A DNA stretch of 64,000 bases from a candidate division WOR-3 bacterium (GCA_965649205.1 CBFGJV010000008.1:29479-93478), one strand, 5' to 3'. Counted from the stretch's first letter, positions 39,128-48,778 are shown. Numbers and translations are program-made. The notes: a model not told the origin generated them from the letters alone.

Positions 39128-39679
39128 CTAGTCCAGTCTGTAGCGGGCAACACCCTCCGCGTAGAGGTCAGCACCGTAGATGTCATTTACCACTACAGCG
39201 GGAAAGTCTTCCACCAGAAGTTCCTGTACTGCTTCGGGACCGAGTTCAGGGTAGGCAATGACAGTAGCTTTTTTTATAGTCTGGGAGATGAGTGCTGCCG
39301 CACCGCCGACAGCGGCAAAGTAGACCGCGTGGTATTTCTTTATGGCGTCAAGCACCGGTTGAGTGCGGTTTCCTTTTCCTATCATTCCGCGCAGGCCGTG
39401 TTGAATGAGAAGGGGAGAGTATTTGTCCATACGGTAGGAGGTGGTGGGGCCAGCTGAGCCGATGGGTTTTCCGAGCTTGGCCGGGGAAGGACCGACATAG
39501 TAGATTATGGCACCTTTCAGGTCGAATGGTAGTTTTTCTCCGGCTTGCAGGGCGTCGGTGAGTTTTTTGTGCGCAAGGTCACGGCCTGTGTAGATAATTC
39601 CGGAAATGAGTGCCGTGTCGCCGGCGCGTAATTCTTGTATCTGTTCTTCGGTCAAAGGGGTGGAAATCTTTTTGGTCAT
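39128..39679 (-). CDS. Class I fumarate hydratase / tartrate dehydratase beta subunit
   Basis: TGRDLAH, GSAGPTTSYRMD, GMIGKG, GGAAAL. Confidence 0.92.
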   Translation of the reverse strand: MTKKISTPLTEEQIQELRAGDTALISGIIYTGRDLAHKKLTDALQAGEKLPFDLKGAIIYYVGPSPAKLGKPIGSAGPTTSYRMDKYSPLLIQHGLRGMIGKGNRTQPVLDAIKKYHAVYFAAVGGAAALISQTIKKATVIAYPELGPEAVQELLVEDFPAVVVNDIYGADLYAEGVARYRLD

Positions 39680-39688
39680 AGGCTGGGT

Positions 39689-40531
39689 TTAAAGGATGGC
39701 AGTCTTGTGTCTCGCCGCATGGCAGTTTATATTGACCGCGCAGGGCAGAGTAGCAATGTGGCAGGGGAAGGCTTCGATGAAAACAGCCAGCGCCGTGATG
39801 CGTCCGCCCAGCCCCTGGGGGCCGATGCCCAGACGATTGATACGGTGGAGGAGTTCCTTTTCCATTTCAGCGTAGAATGGATCAGGATGAACCGAGCCGA
39901 TTCTGCGGAGCAGAGCATGTTTGGCCAGAAGAGCGCTTTTTTCAAAGGTGCCACCGATGCCTACACCGACAATGACTGGCGGGCAGGGGTTGGCCTGAGA
40001 GCGTGCGACCCGGTCAATAACGAATTCCTTTATACCTTCAGCTCCGTCCGCGGCAGAAAGCATTTTCACTTCGCTCATATTCTCCGAGCCGCCGCCTTTG
40101 GGTTGCACGGTTATTTTAAGTTTCTCACCGGGTACTATGTCGGTGTAGATGATGGGGGGAGTATTGTCGTTTGTATTTTCCCGGCGTAGCGGGTCGCGCA
40201 CTATAGACTTTCGTAGATAGCCTTCTGTGTAACCTTTAGCCACGCCTTGGGATATGGCGTCATAAAGCTCTCCGCCCGTGATTCTTACCTCAGACCCTAT
40301 TTCCACCCAGACCACAGCCCAGCCGGTGTCCTGGCAGATAGGCATCATCTCCTGGCGAGCGATTTCGGCATTCTTGAGGCACTGGCGGATGATATCCTTG
40401 CCGGTGGGGGATTCCTCTTCTGCAAGGGCGGTAGTAAAAGCTTGTATTACATCTTCACCCAGTAGACAGTTGGCGTCAATGCACAGGCGGGCAACAGTGT
40501 CGCGAACTTGAGCGAAAGGAATCTCTCTCAT
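39689..40531 (-). CDS. Class I fumarate hydratase / tartrate dehydratase alpha subunit
   Basis: PICQDTG, PKGGGSEN, NPCPP..GVGIGG, NCHAARH. Confidence 0.92.
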   Translation of the reverse strand: MREIPFAQVRDTVARLCIDANCLLGEDVIQAFTTALAEEESPTGKDIIRQCLKNAEIARQEMMPICQDTGWAVVWVEIGSEVRITGGELYDAISQGVAKGYTEGYLRKSIVRDPLRRENTNDNTPPIIYTDIVPGEKLKITVQPKGGGSENMSEVKMLSAADGAEGIKEFVIDRVARSQANPCPPVIVGVGIGGTFEKSALLAKHALLRRIGSVHPDPFYAEMEKELLHRINRLGIGPQGLGGRITALAVFIEAFPCHIATLPCAVNINCHAARHKTAIL

Positions 40532-41184
40532 TGAGCGTGATTAAGCACCCATATCTCTGGCTCGGCAGGGAGTTTTTCCGGCAGTATTTCCACTTCGCTG
40601 GAAGAGAAGCGACGAACTCGGAGCTGGCCCTGGAGGAATCCGTCCACAGTTTGTATTTGAAAGCTGCATTTATCAGTTCGATAGTGCATGGGAATGATGA
40701 CGCGGGCAGCCAGACGAGCGGCTGTCTTGTGTGCCTGTGTTGCATCAATGGTGAAGTATCCACCTACCGGTACAAGGAGTACGTCCACTGGACTCAGGGC
40801 CTCGGCTACGTTTTCCGGCAGGAGTTCGCCCAAGTCCCCCAGATGGCATATTTTCATCCCGTCCATAGTAAAGAGGAAAACGGTGTTGCGTCCTCGCCGG
40901 CTTCCGCCCGCATCGTCATGTGCGGTGTCAAATCCGGTGATGGCCACAGATTTTACCTGATGTTGCCCGGATCCACGGATGACGGGCGGTTTGCCGGGCA
41001 GGGTGCGCCCACCTGCATGGTCGTCATGATCATGGCTTTCGGTGACTGCATCGGCGGTTTCAGAGATGGGAGTATAGCAGAGAGCGTTATCAAAGCAGCC
41101 GGCAATGTAGGGATCGACAATTATTCTGGTGCCATCCGCCGCGGTAAGAAGAAAGGCCGCGTGGCCAAACCACTTGATTTTCAT
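40528..41184 (-). CDS. Metallo-beta-lactamase fold hydrolase
   Basis: WFGHAAF, SHDHDDH, HLGDLG, IPMHY. Confidence 0.9.
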   Translation of the reverse strand: MKIKWFGHAAFLLTAADGTRIIVDPYIAGCFDNALCYTPISETADAVTESHDHDDHAGGRTLPGKPPVIRGSGQHQVKSVAITGFDTAHDDAGGSRRGRNTVFLFTMDGMKICHLGDLGELLPENVAEALSPVDVLLVPVGGYFTIDATQAHKTAARLAARVIIPMHYRTDKCSFQIQTVDGFLQGQLRVRRFSSSEVEILPEKLPAEPEIWVLNHAQ

Positions 41185-41224
41185 TCTGAACAACAGGAAG
41201 AGAACGACACAGTCCGCCTCAGCA

Positions 41225-41488
41225 TCAGTTAGGTTGCACGGGGATTACCGAGACGCGTTTCTTGTTTTTGGAAGCGTAATCAAATCTTACTACGCCGTCA
41301 ACGAGCGCATAGAGAGTGTCGTCTTTCGCCCGGCCGACATTGAGTCCGGGTAGGAAGCGGGTGCCGCGTTGTTTGACGATAATGTTCCCGCAACGCACTA
41401 ATTGGGAAGCGAAGCGTTTGACACCCAGTCTTTGCCCCGGGCTGTCGTGGCCGTTTTTGGCTGTTCCACCGCCCTTTTTATGTGCCAT
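41225..41488 (-). CDS. rpmA: 50S ribosomal protein L27
   Basis: [34 protein letters not shown]. Confidence 0.97.
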   Translation of the reverse strand: MAHKKGGGTAKNGHDSPGQRLGVKRFASQLVRCGNIIVKQRGTRFLPGLNVGRAKDDTLYALVDGVVRFDYASKNKKRVSVIPVQPN

Positions 41489-41592
41489 TTGTTATGCTCC
41501 TTAATGATCCTAGTTTGTGCGGAGGGGAATTATAAACCCACGCAAGATGGTGTCAATGCCAAAAGAGAAAACCGTGCAGAAAATATGGCAAA

Positions 41593-42951
41593 TCAGTCGC
41601 GGGCTCCGAGTCCTAGTATTTTTAAGAAGGCGTCGCGACCGGTGTTAATGCGCCAGGCTGCCCAAGCACCAAGCACGCGGGCGGTGTGGCTTATCGGATC
41701 GCTCCCGGGCTCGGACACACGAAGCAGGAGCGGAAGTGTGGAGAAGCGGGTGACGATGGCAAGGAGAAACAGGAGATGGAAATTGATAAAGCTGCGGCCG
41801 AAGATTGTCAAGTGGAAGCCGGCGAGAAGCTGGGCGAGTACCCCGGAAAGCAGAGAAGAAGCACAGGAACAGAGTCCGGTGACACCAAAGTAGGTGGCGA
41901 AGTAGCTTTCTTTGTGCGCCGGGTCTTCCGCCAGATTGAACATGAGGCTCCAGAAGCCAAGTCCGGCACCGGTGGATATGGCGCCGTTGAGAATCGCATC
42001 CAAATATATGGGGAGGCGAAAGCTGGGCGTGGCCAGTAGCCAGAGCAGAGGAAGGACGTTGACAACGAGTATAGTGAGAACAGTTATGGGTCTTGCCCCA
42101 AAGCGGTCAATCATCTTGCCCCAGAAGAGCTGGCCGGCGATGCCGGTTACACCGGTGAGGAGAGAGTAGAGGCCGATGGCGGCAAAAGAGAAGTGGAGAT
42201 TGCGCATCATATGCACGAGATAGAAAGGGCCACCAATGGTAGCGAGAAAACACCAGCCAGCCATAAAGAGGATGAAACGACGAAAGCTTTTTTCCCGCAG
42301 GGGACCAAGAAAGGTCTGTTTCAGGCTGAGTGGGGGGCGGTATTTCACGGGCATTTCCGGTTGCCAGCTTATGATTACGGAGGCAATCCACCCGAATAAA
42401 ACAGCGAGGCCAAATCCCAGTCCGTAGCCAAGGTGTTCCTGATTGTGGGCTTTGAATGCATCCAGGGCCCGGCCGCCAACGTAAGCTGTAAGGACGGCGA
42501 TCATGCCGTGAATGGCGTTACGGAAGCCAAAGTAACTGCCGCGACTTTCTTCTGGCACTAGGTCAGACATCCAGTAGGTCCAGATGGTGCCGGCCACAGT
42601 CATTATGATGCTGGACAGGATTAGCATGAGAAAGAGTAGGATAATGGGCATTTTCCTGCCCAGCAGCAGGAAGGGCACGGGCAGTATATACAGAGTTCGG
42701 CCAATGAATCCGCCAATCTGACTCAGGAGTTTGCGGGTGCCGAAGCGACGCACCAGGTGTCCGGCAAGAAAACCGAATCCCGAAGAGAGAGCAGGAATGG
42801 CAGACAGCAGGGCTATCTGGAAGGAGTTGGCGCCGAGCCAGAGAGCAAGGCCAGTAAGAAACATACCTGTGGTGAGAGCAAAATGCAGGGTGGCGAAACC
42901 TCCTTCGATGATTGATATACGCAAGCCACGCTTTATTTGCTCTGGTGTCAC
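41593..42951 (-). CDS. MFS transporter (paralog 2)
   Basis: ~12 TM, WMSDLVPEESRGSYFG, DRFGARP; GTG overlaps upstream TGA. Confidence 0.88.
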   Translation of the reverse strand: MTPEQIKRGLRISIIEGGFATLHFALTTGMFLTGLALWLGANSFQIALLSAIPALSSGFGFLAGHLVRRFGTRKLLSQIGGFIGRTLYILPVPFLLLGRKMPIILLFLMLILSSIIMTVAGTIWTYWMSDLVPEESRGSYFGFRNAIHGMIAVLTAYVGGRALDAFKAHNQEHLGYGLGFGLAVLFGWIASVIISWQPEMPVKYRPPLSLKQTFLGPLREKSFRRFILFMAGWCFLATIGGPFYLVHMMRNLHFSFAAIGLYSLLTGVTGIAGQLFWGKMIDRFGARPITVLTILVVNVLPLLWLLATPSFRLPIYLDAILNGAISTGAGLGFWSLMFNLAEDPAHKESYFATYFGVTGLCSCASSLLSGVLAQLLAGFHLTIFGRSFINFHLLFLLAIVTRFSTLPLLLRVSEPGSDPISHTARVLGAWAAWRINTGRDAFLKILGLGARD

Positions 42952-44345
42952 TCTTCTCGCTCCTTCAGTCGCAATGCTTCCAGGAATGCGTCTCGTCCGC
43001 TGTTGATACGCCAGATGGCCCACTGGCTGAGTACGCGGACGGTGTAGCGAACTGAGCGGCTGCTCCGTTGTTGTACCCGGATGAGCAGGGGCAGAGAAGC
43101 AAAGCGAGCAGTTCCGGCCGCCAGAAAAAGCACATGGTAGTTGACGAATTCACGGCCGAAGAGAGTAATATGGAAACCGCGCAGGGCCTGAGCGATTATT
43201 CCCGAAATCGTGGAAGCGGCAAAGGCACAGAGCCCGGCTACTACAGTATAGATGGCAAAGTAGCTTTCCTTGTGCTGGGGGTCGTCAGCAAGTTCTAAGA
43301 GCAAATTCCACAGGCCGAGGTGAGCGCAGGACCAGATGATGCCGTTGGAGATGCCGTCCAGCCAGATGGGCAGGCGAAAGCTGGGCGTGGCGAAAAGCCA
43401 AAGCCAGGGCATAATGCCGACAAGGGAGAAGCCGAGAATGGTAACTGGTCGGGCGCCGAATCTGTCTATAACCCGTCCCCAGAAGAGTTGAAATACCATT
43501 CCTGTAAGACCGCCGAGGACAGAGTAAACGCCTACCGCGGCAAAAGGGAAATGTAGATTTCTGAAAAGGTGAACCATATAAAAAGGAGAAGCGAGGGTGC
43601 CGGTGAGAGAATATACGGCCTGAAAGGTAATGAGCCGGCGAAATTGAGGTTCTTTCAGTGGGCCCAGAAGCAGACGCCGTAGGCTAAGAGCGGGACGGGT
43701 TGAAAGAGGTGGCTCTGGTTGGCGGCTGAGGGCCAGGGTGGAGATGAGGCCGAATACAGTGGCTAGGCTGAAGGCCAGGCCATACCCGAGCTGTTCGTGT
43801 CCCCGGGCCTTGAGGGCATCCATAGCTCGGCCGGCCGAAAAGGCGGTAACTACGCCAATGACGCCAAGGACGGCGTTGCGGGTGCCAAAGAAACGTCCGC
43901 GTCTGTCTTCCGGGACTAGTTCAGACATCCAGGAGTTCCACACTGTGCCGGTTATAGTGCCGAGTATGCCGGTGAGCGCCACAATGACGAAGAAAAGTTT
44001 GAGGCTGATAGGTATATTGAGGAGCAAAAAAGGTACGAGTACGGCGTAGAGTATGCGACCGAGAAGAGAGCTGGTTATTACTATTTTTTTGCGCGAGCCT
44101 ATTTTACCTACGAGATAGCCGGAAAGAAAGCCGAAACCGGAAACAAGAGAAGGAATGGCAGAGAGCAGGCCTATTTGGAAGGAATTGGCGTGCAGGTAAA
44201 GCGCCAGACCGGTGAGAAACATCCCCCCGGCCAGCGTGCCGTATATAGTGGCGAAGGACCCTTCGAAAATGGAAATACGCAGGCTGCGGCGCAATTGCTC
44301 CGCACTCAGAGAGGAGGAGGGCTGGGTTTCCTGGATGTCAGCCAT
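42948..44345 (-). CDS. MFS transporter (paralog 1)
   Basis: ~12 TM, WMSELVPEDRRGRFFG, DRFGARP; collinear with downstream paralog. Confidence 0.88.
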   Translation of the reverse strand: MADIQETQPSSSLSAEQLRRSLRISIFEGSFATIYGTLAGGMFLTGLALYLHANSFQIGLLSAIPSLVSGFGFLSGYLVGKIGSRKKIVITSSLLGRILYAVLVPFLLLNIPISLKLFFVIVALTGILGTITGTVWNSWMSELVPEDRRGRFFGTRNAVLGVIGVVTAFSAGRAMDALKARGHEQLGYGLAFSLATVFGLISTLALSRQPEPPLSTRPALSLRRLLLGPLKEPQFRRLITFQAVYSLTGTLASPFYMVHLFRNLHFPFAAVGVYSVLGGLTGMVFQLFWGRVIDRFGARPVTILGFSLVGIMPWLWLFATPSFRLPIWLDGISNGIIWSCAHLGLWNLLLELADDPQHKESYFAIYTVVAGLCAFAASTISGIIAQALRGFHITLFGREFVNYHVLFLAAGTARFASLPLLIRVQQRSSRSVRYTVRVLSQWAIWRINSGRDAFLEALRLKEREE

Positions 44346-44387
44346 AGCGTCGGGACAGGGAAAACAAAAAAGCGAAGAGCGAGTTTG

Positions 44388-45248
44388 TCATAAAAACATC
44401 TCGGCAGCATGGAAGGAACTGCGTACCAAGGGTCCGCATGCTGCCTGTTGAAATCCCAACTGGCTAGCCGCCTGTTCCCATTCCTGAAACTTCTCGGGCG
44501 GCACGTAACGCGCCACCGGCCAGGAGGTGCGGGTTGGTTGCAGATATTGTCCTATGGTTACGATATCGCAGTCAACGCTACGCAAGTCTGAGAGCGTGTC
44601 AAGAACTTCTTTGTCCGTCTCTCCCAGCCCCACCATCAGGCCACTTTTGGTAATCAGGTCCGGCTTGCTGCGTTTGGCTTCTTGCAGTACCGCTATTGAT
44701 TTTTCGTAGGAGGAGCGGCGGTCTCGCACCACGGGACTGAGTCGCCTGACAGTTTCCAGATTATGGCCGAATACATCTGGTTGTGCATCCACTACCCTGC
44801 GGATAAGTTCCGGCCTGGCGGCAAAGTCCGGAACGAGCACTTCTACGCGAACTGGATTCTTTTGTCCGGTAGAAATAGCCCGACACGCGGTAACGGTCCG
44901 AGCAAAGAGGTCTGCACCGAAGTCGGGCAGGTCATCACGGGTAACAGAGGTTATGACTATATAGCGCAGGTCAAGTTGTCTCGCCGCTTCAGCCACTCGG
45001 ACAGGTTCGTCCTCTTCTACTTTGCCCTGCGGGTTGCCGGTCTGCACAGAGCAAAACTGACAGTGCCGCGTGCAGGTGTTGCCTAGAATAAGAAAAGTGG
45101 CTGTACGTCTATTCCAGCAGTCTGCTAGATTGGGACATCTGGCCGCGGTGCACACAGTGTTCAGCCCATAGCTGCGTACTTGTTTAGCTACCTCGGCAAA
45201 GGCATCACCAGAAGGCAGGGCAGTTCTCAACCAGGCTGGTTTTTTCAT
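44388..45248 (-). CDS. lipA: Lipoyl synthase
   Basis: KPAWL, CTAARCPNLADC (CX4CX5C), CTRHCQFC, TIGQYLQP, RSSFHA. Confidence 0.96.
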   Translation of the reverse strand: MKKPAWLRTALPSGDAFAEVAKQVRSYGLNTVCTAARCPNLADCWNRRTATFLILGNTCTRHCQFCSVQTGNPQGKVEEDEPVRVAEAARQLDLRYIVITSVTRDDLPDFGADLFARTVTACRAISTGQKNPVRVEVLVPDFAARPELIRRVVDAQPDVFGHNLETVRRLSPVVRDRRSSYEKSIAVLQEAKRSKPDLITKSGLMVGLGETDKEVLDTLSDLRSVDCDIVTIGQYLQPTRTSWPVARYVPPEKFQEWEQAASQLGFQQAACGPLVRSSFHAAEMFL

Positions 45249-45268
45249 CAGAAAGAACTGGGAAAAGT

Positions 45269-46549
45269 TTACACCCTGATTTTCAGGGACGACCGGGGGC
45301 AGCGCCAGGCACACTCAAAGCAGCGTATGCATTCCAGCTGGTTGGGGGACTGGTAAGGTTCTATGTCGGTAGGGCATACTCTACGACATATATTGCATTT
45401 CGTGCAGGTAGGCGTATCCAGCTGTAGGCGTAGGAGGCTTAACTTGTTGAATATACCGTAGATAGCGCCGATGGGGCAGATCAGGCGACAGAATGGTCGT
45501 TTGATAGATAGGGCCGCGGTCAGGACCAGTAGTAACAGACCAATTTTTACCCAGTAAAGCCAGCCGACCAGTCCCCGCAGGCTGTTTACCGGGTCCCAGA
45601 GTACCAGCGGTATACCGGCGCCCAGCGTGCCCTGAGGACACAGCTTGCAGAACCAGGGTTCGATTGTGAGGTAAGAAGCCAATCCGGCTACAAGCAACAG
45701 GAATCCGTACTTGAGAAAAGTGGCCGGTAAGCGGAAATTGAGGACTATGTCCAAGAGGACAATTATTCCGGCCGTAATTGCGGCTAGGATTAGAGACAGG
45801 GGCGTGCCGGAGAAGGGGCCCAGAGAAACGGCGGGGCCAAGTTGTGCCAGAAGGAAAGCGGCTACGGTTGCCGGGATGGTTCCATAACGACCACCCAAAA
45901 GGCCGAATAGTGTCATCCCTGCGGTGCCGGCTACCACACCAAAGCTGGCGCCGTATTTCCACCAGACAAGCGCTCCCAGACCGATACCGGCAAGAAGGCC
46001 ACCAGTGTAGAGGCGGCTAGGAAGTTCGAGCTTGCCCCGCCACAGGAGAAAGAAGACTGCCAGCATGACGGGCAGCCAGCCGTACAGCAAGGGTCGCCAC
46101 CAGATAACATGCAGAAATACCACTAGCAGTGCGATAATAATGAGACCTATAATGCCAATAATGGCAAGCGTAAGCCAGCGTTTCTTTCCCGCCCGAGGAC
46201 CAGTTTTTACTTTGTAGAGCAAGTCTTGCCACAGTCCAAAAGGGCACATCCACGCACACGCAGCCCGGCCTACGAAAGCGCCCACAATTACAAAGACACC
46301 AATTACCAGCCAGGGGATCGTTTTCATTCCTATCATCTGCTGCAGAGAACCCAGAGGGCAGGCAAAGACAGCAAGGGGTCCGCCATAGCAGTTAAGTATT
46401 GGTTGGGGTATGTGCTTGAAGAAGCCCTGGTAGATTATCTTCTGTTGAATGTAGGCTAGTATATAGGCATTGAGAAGAATAGCGAAGATAATCTGCGCCA
46501 AGCGATAGGGCGCAATTCTCCGTCTGGCGCGAGGTAGCGGGGTATTCAC
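45269..46549 (-). CDS. NapH/MauN-like 4Fe-4S membrane electron-transfer protein
   Basis: CAWMCPFG, CKLCPQG, CRLICPIG, CTKCNICRRVCP, CIRCFECAWRCP; many TM helices; start taken as GTG 46549. Confidence 0.88.
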   Translation of the reverse strand: MNTPLPRARRRIAPYRLAQIIFAILLNAYILAYIQQKIIYQGFFKHIPQPILNCYGGPLAVFACPLGSLQQMIGMKTIPWLVIGVFVIVGAFVGRAACAWMCPFGLWQDLLYKVKTGPRAGKKRWLTLAIIGIIGLIIIALLVVFLHVIWWRPLLYGWLPVMLAVFFLLWRGKLELPSRLYTGGLLAGIGLGALVWWKYGASFGVVAGTAGMTLFGLLGGRYGTIPATVAAFLLAQLGPAVSLGPFSGTPLSLILAAITAGIIVLLDIVLNFRLPATFLKYGFLLLVAGLASYLTIEPWFCKLCPQGTLGAGIPLVLWDPVNSLRGLVGWLYWVKIGLLLLVLTAALSIKRPFCRLICPIGAIYGIFNKLSLLRLQLDTPTCTKCNICRRVCPTDIEPYQSPNQLECIRCFECAWRCPRSSLKIRV

Positions 46550-46561
46550 AGACTGAAATAG

Positions 46562-46578
46562 AGGGCTACACGAGCCCC
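46562..46578 (-). promoter_or_regulatory. SECIS-like hairpin
   Basis: GGGGCT-CGTGT-AGCCCT starting 11 nt after the TGA; G second in the loop. Confidence 0.7.
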
Positions 46579-46703
46579 ATACAGGATAGTCATATGTGGG
46601 CCGCGAAGCGGTGGATAGTTTCGGGGTCGCCAAGCCAGATGCCCATAGCTACAGCCACAATTCCGGCAAGAACCAGCACAAGGAAAATAATCCTACGTCT
46701 CAT
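46566..46703 (-). CDS. 45-aa CD1871A-like CxxC membrane peptide with predicted selenocysteine (MRRRIIFLVLVLAGIVAVAMGIWLGDPETIHRFAAHI-U-LSCMGLV)
   Basis: Manual translation; in-frame TGA at 46592-46590 where the family has the first Cys of ICxxCxGI/L; TAG stop 8 codons later. Confidence 0.8.
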
Positions 46704-46704
46704 A

Positions 46705-48168
46705 TCAGAACTTGGAGATCAGTTGTATTTTAGCGCCGCGGAAAGGAGATTCAAAGCGGCACACCCCGCCCGAACAGGTATAGCCGCCGCGTTCGGCCCC
46801 TAGTCTTGCCCGGAGCATGTTGCGTTGGTTTACGGACCAGACCAGTTCCAACATCGGCCAGGATTGCTGTCCGTTGTAACGGCGCTCCAGTTTCATATCT
46901 ACTCCCTGACAGCCAAGCGTGAAGAGTAGCGCCTCCCCTAGACCGTAACTTAGAGCAAGTGCGGTTTCGTGATACCTCCAAGGCACGTCCATGCCGCCGG
47001 TATCTTCCTTGACAAAACTGTACTCCGCCGTCAGTCCCAGCGTATGTTCTCCTCGGAGATAGTTGACATGCAGGACGGGCTTGTCTGTGCTACGGCCGAC
47101 AACGTGCAGTTCGATATTCTGCTGCACCATATGATTGAAGGCGGCTTCTACCGTCCAGTCTGAAGCAGGAGAGTAACGAGTCTTGGCCTCCCATTCTACC
47201 ACGCCAGTTGTACTGTCCTTGTGGCGATACAGGCGGCCATAATTCGCTTCCATATACAGCGCAGGAAAAGGTGTGCCTGTGGCAGTAAGTCCGAATCCCC
47301 TTTCATCCACACCTCGGTCAATGGCTACGCCTGATTTTATAGGCGTAGGCGGATCGCCGTAGTGATAGGCAGCCTGCGGATAACTCAGGCGGTCGTAGTC
47401 CATCACCTCGGCCAAAACAGAGTAACCGGAAACAGCCGTAGTAGCACTCAGATAGTAGCCGAAACCCTTATCCCGGCCGCCTATACCGGGTCTAGTGCCG
47501 AGCCGCTGACACATTTCCAGATAGAGTTCTGCCGGGCCCAAGGTAGCAGAAATGTTACCACCCAGGAATTCGGTGAAAGCCTTGGGCGAAATATCCCGCT
47601 CGCTGTTTATGCGCACATAACGTCCGCCCAAGCCGGCATGGCCCGCGGTCCAGTCTGTTCCTTTCCATTGCAGAGGACGCGTGGACAATTCCGCACCCAA
47701 CACTTGATCGGTCGTGTCCGCCGCATTCAAGGTTTTGTAGGTGTTTTCCTGAAAGAATATGTCACGCATCCTGCCGCCAAGAAGTACAAGTTCGGTGGAG
47801 AACGGTAGGCGGGCGGTCCCTCTTAGTCCGTGCAAGCTTTTGTAGTGGCGGAAATCTTCGTCGGAGTATGTGCGTAGGGACAGACCTTTGCCGAAGGTTT
47901 GAAAGAATTTTCCGTACAGCACTTCGAACTGCTGCGGACTGTAGGCAAGGGTATAGTCAAACAACCGCAGGGGCTTGCGCAGTGCGTCCCAAGGCTTGGA
48001 TGGCTCGTACAGGAAAAATCCCAGTTCTCCACGCAGGTCCGCGTAGCGCAGGTTAAGGTCCAGCTTGTCTTCTAGTTGAGTGGCCCAGGTATCTTGCGTT
48101 ACCCAGAGTTCAACTCGGTTTGCGCCCTGCACAGAAAGTTCTGCCGCAGCCAGCGGTAGAAATGTCAA
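46705..48168 (-). CDS. DUF6029-like outer-membrane beta-barrel protein (true start uncertain)
   Basis: GKFFQTFGKGLSLR, amphipathic beta strands, C-terminal GGYTCSGGVCRFESPFRG..ISKF. Confidence 0.8.
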   Translation of the reverse strand: MTFLPLAAAELSVQGANRVELWVTQDTWATQLEDKLDLNLRYADLRGELGFFLYEPSKPWDALRKPLRLFDYTLAYSPQQFEVLYGKFFQTFGKGLSLRTYSDEDFRHYKSLHGLRGTARLPFSTELVLLGGRMRDIFFQENTYKTLNAADTTDQVLGAELSTRPLQWKGTDWTAGHAGLGGRYVRINSERDISPKAFTEFLGGNISATLGPAELYLEMCQRLGTRPGIGGRDKGFGYYLSATTAVSGYSVLAEVMDYDRLSYPQAAYHYGDPPTPIKSGVAIDRGVDERGFGLTATGTPFPALYMEANYGRLYRHKDSTTGVVEWEAKTRYSPASDWTVEAAFNHMVQQNIELHVVGRSTDKPVLHVNYLRGEHTLGLTAEYSFVKEDTGGMDVPWRYHETALALSYGLGEALLFTLGCQGVDMKLERRYNGQQSWPMLELVWSVNQRNMLRARLGAERGGYTCSGGVCRFESPFRGAKIQLISKF

Positions 48169-48229
48169 GAGCAGACTGCAGGTCAGAAGCCGGTAGGATA
48201 GGACGGCAGGTGCAAACTGGCTCGTGTGC

Positions 48230-48778
48230 CTATTCTCCTTTTGTTTTCGCGCCGGAGGTGTCGGGCTTAACCGGCGGCAGCCACTTTAGGAACTCTTCCT
48301 TTATACGTTTTTCGTCGCCCTTTTTGTACCCTATATGAGTATAGACAATTTTGCCTTCCATATTGATAAGAAAAGCGGTAGGCTTTATGATAATGCCGTA
48401 GGCAGACTTTACTTTCTGCTGTTGGTCCAGAAGCACGATGTAGGGCCACTTTTTTGCTTTCACAAATGCTTTTACCCGTGCTTCATCCGCGGGTTTGTCC
48501 ACAGACAGAGCGACTATCTGCAGTCCCCGGTCTTTCAGCGAATCGTATATGGGCAGCAGGGCGTCAAGCTCGGCGATACAGTTTACACAGGGGAGGTCCC
48601 AGCATTCCATATACACCGGTCCTTTCACCAAAAGGCTTTCTAGCGTTACTTCGACGCCGCTGATGTCTTTGAGGGTGAAACGGGGAGCGGTTTCGTATTT
48701 CTTTTCGGATGAAGCGGTTGCCAATACGACAAATGTCAAAAGACAGGAAATCAGAACAACCTTACATAGCTGTCTCAT
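48230..48778 (-). CDS. TlpA/ResA-like exported thiol-disulfide oxidoreductase
   Basis: Signal peptide, APRFTLKD, WDLPCVNC (CxxC), ALSVD, PTAFLINMEGKI; AGGAGG RBS. Confidence 0.9.
   Translation of the reverse strand: MRQLCKVVLISCLLTFVVLATASSEKKYETAPRFTLKDISGVEVTLESLLVKGPVYMECWDLPCVNCIAELDALLPIYDSLKDRGLQIVALSVDKPADEARVKAFVKAKKWPYIVLLDQQQKVKSAYGIIIKPTAFLINMEGKIVYTHIGYKKGDEKRIKEEFLKWLPPVKPDTSGAKTKGE

Noticed and set aside
45249..45314. ORF-track N-terminal extensions (lipA from 45314, NapH-like from 46633, MFS from 43023)
   Set aside because: They overlap upstream genes; downstream starts fit family N-termini and operon spacing better
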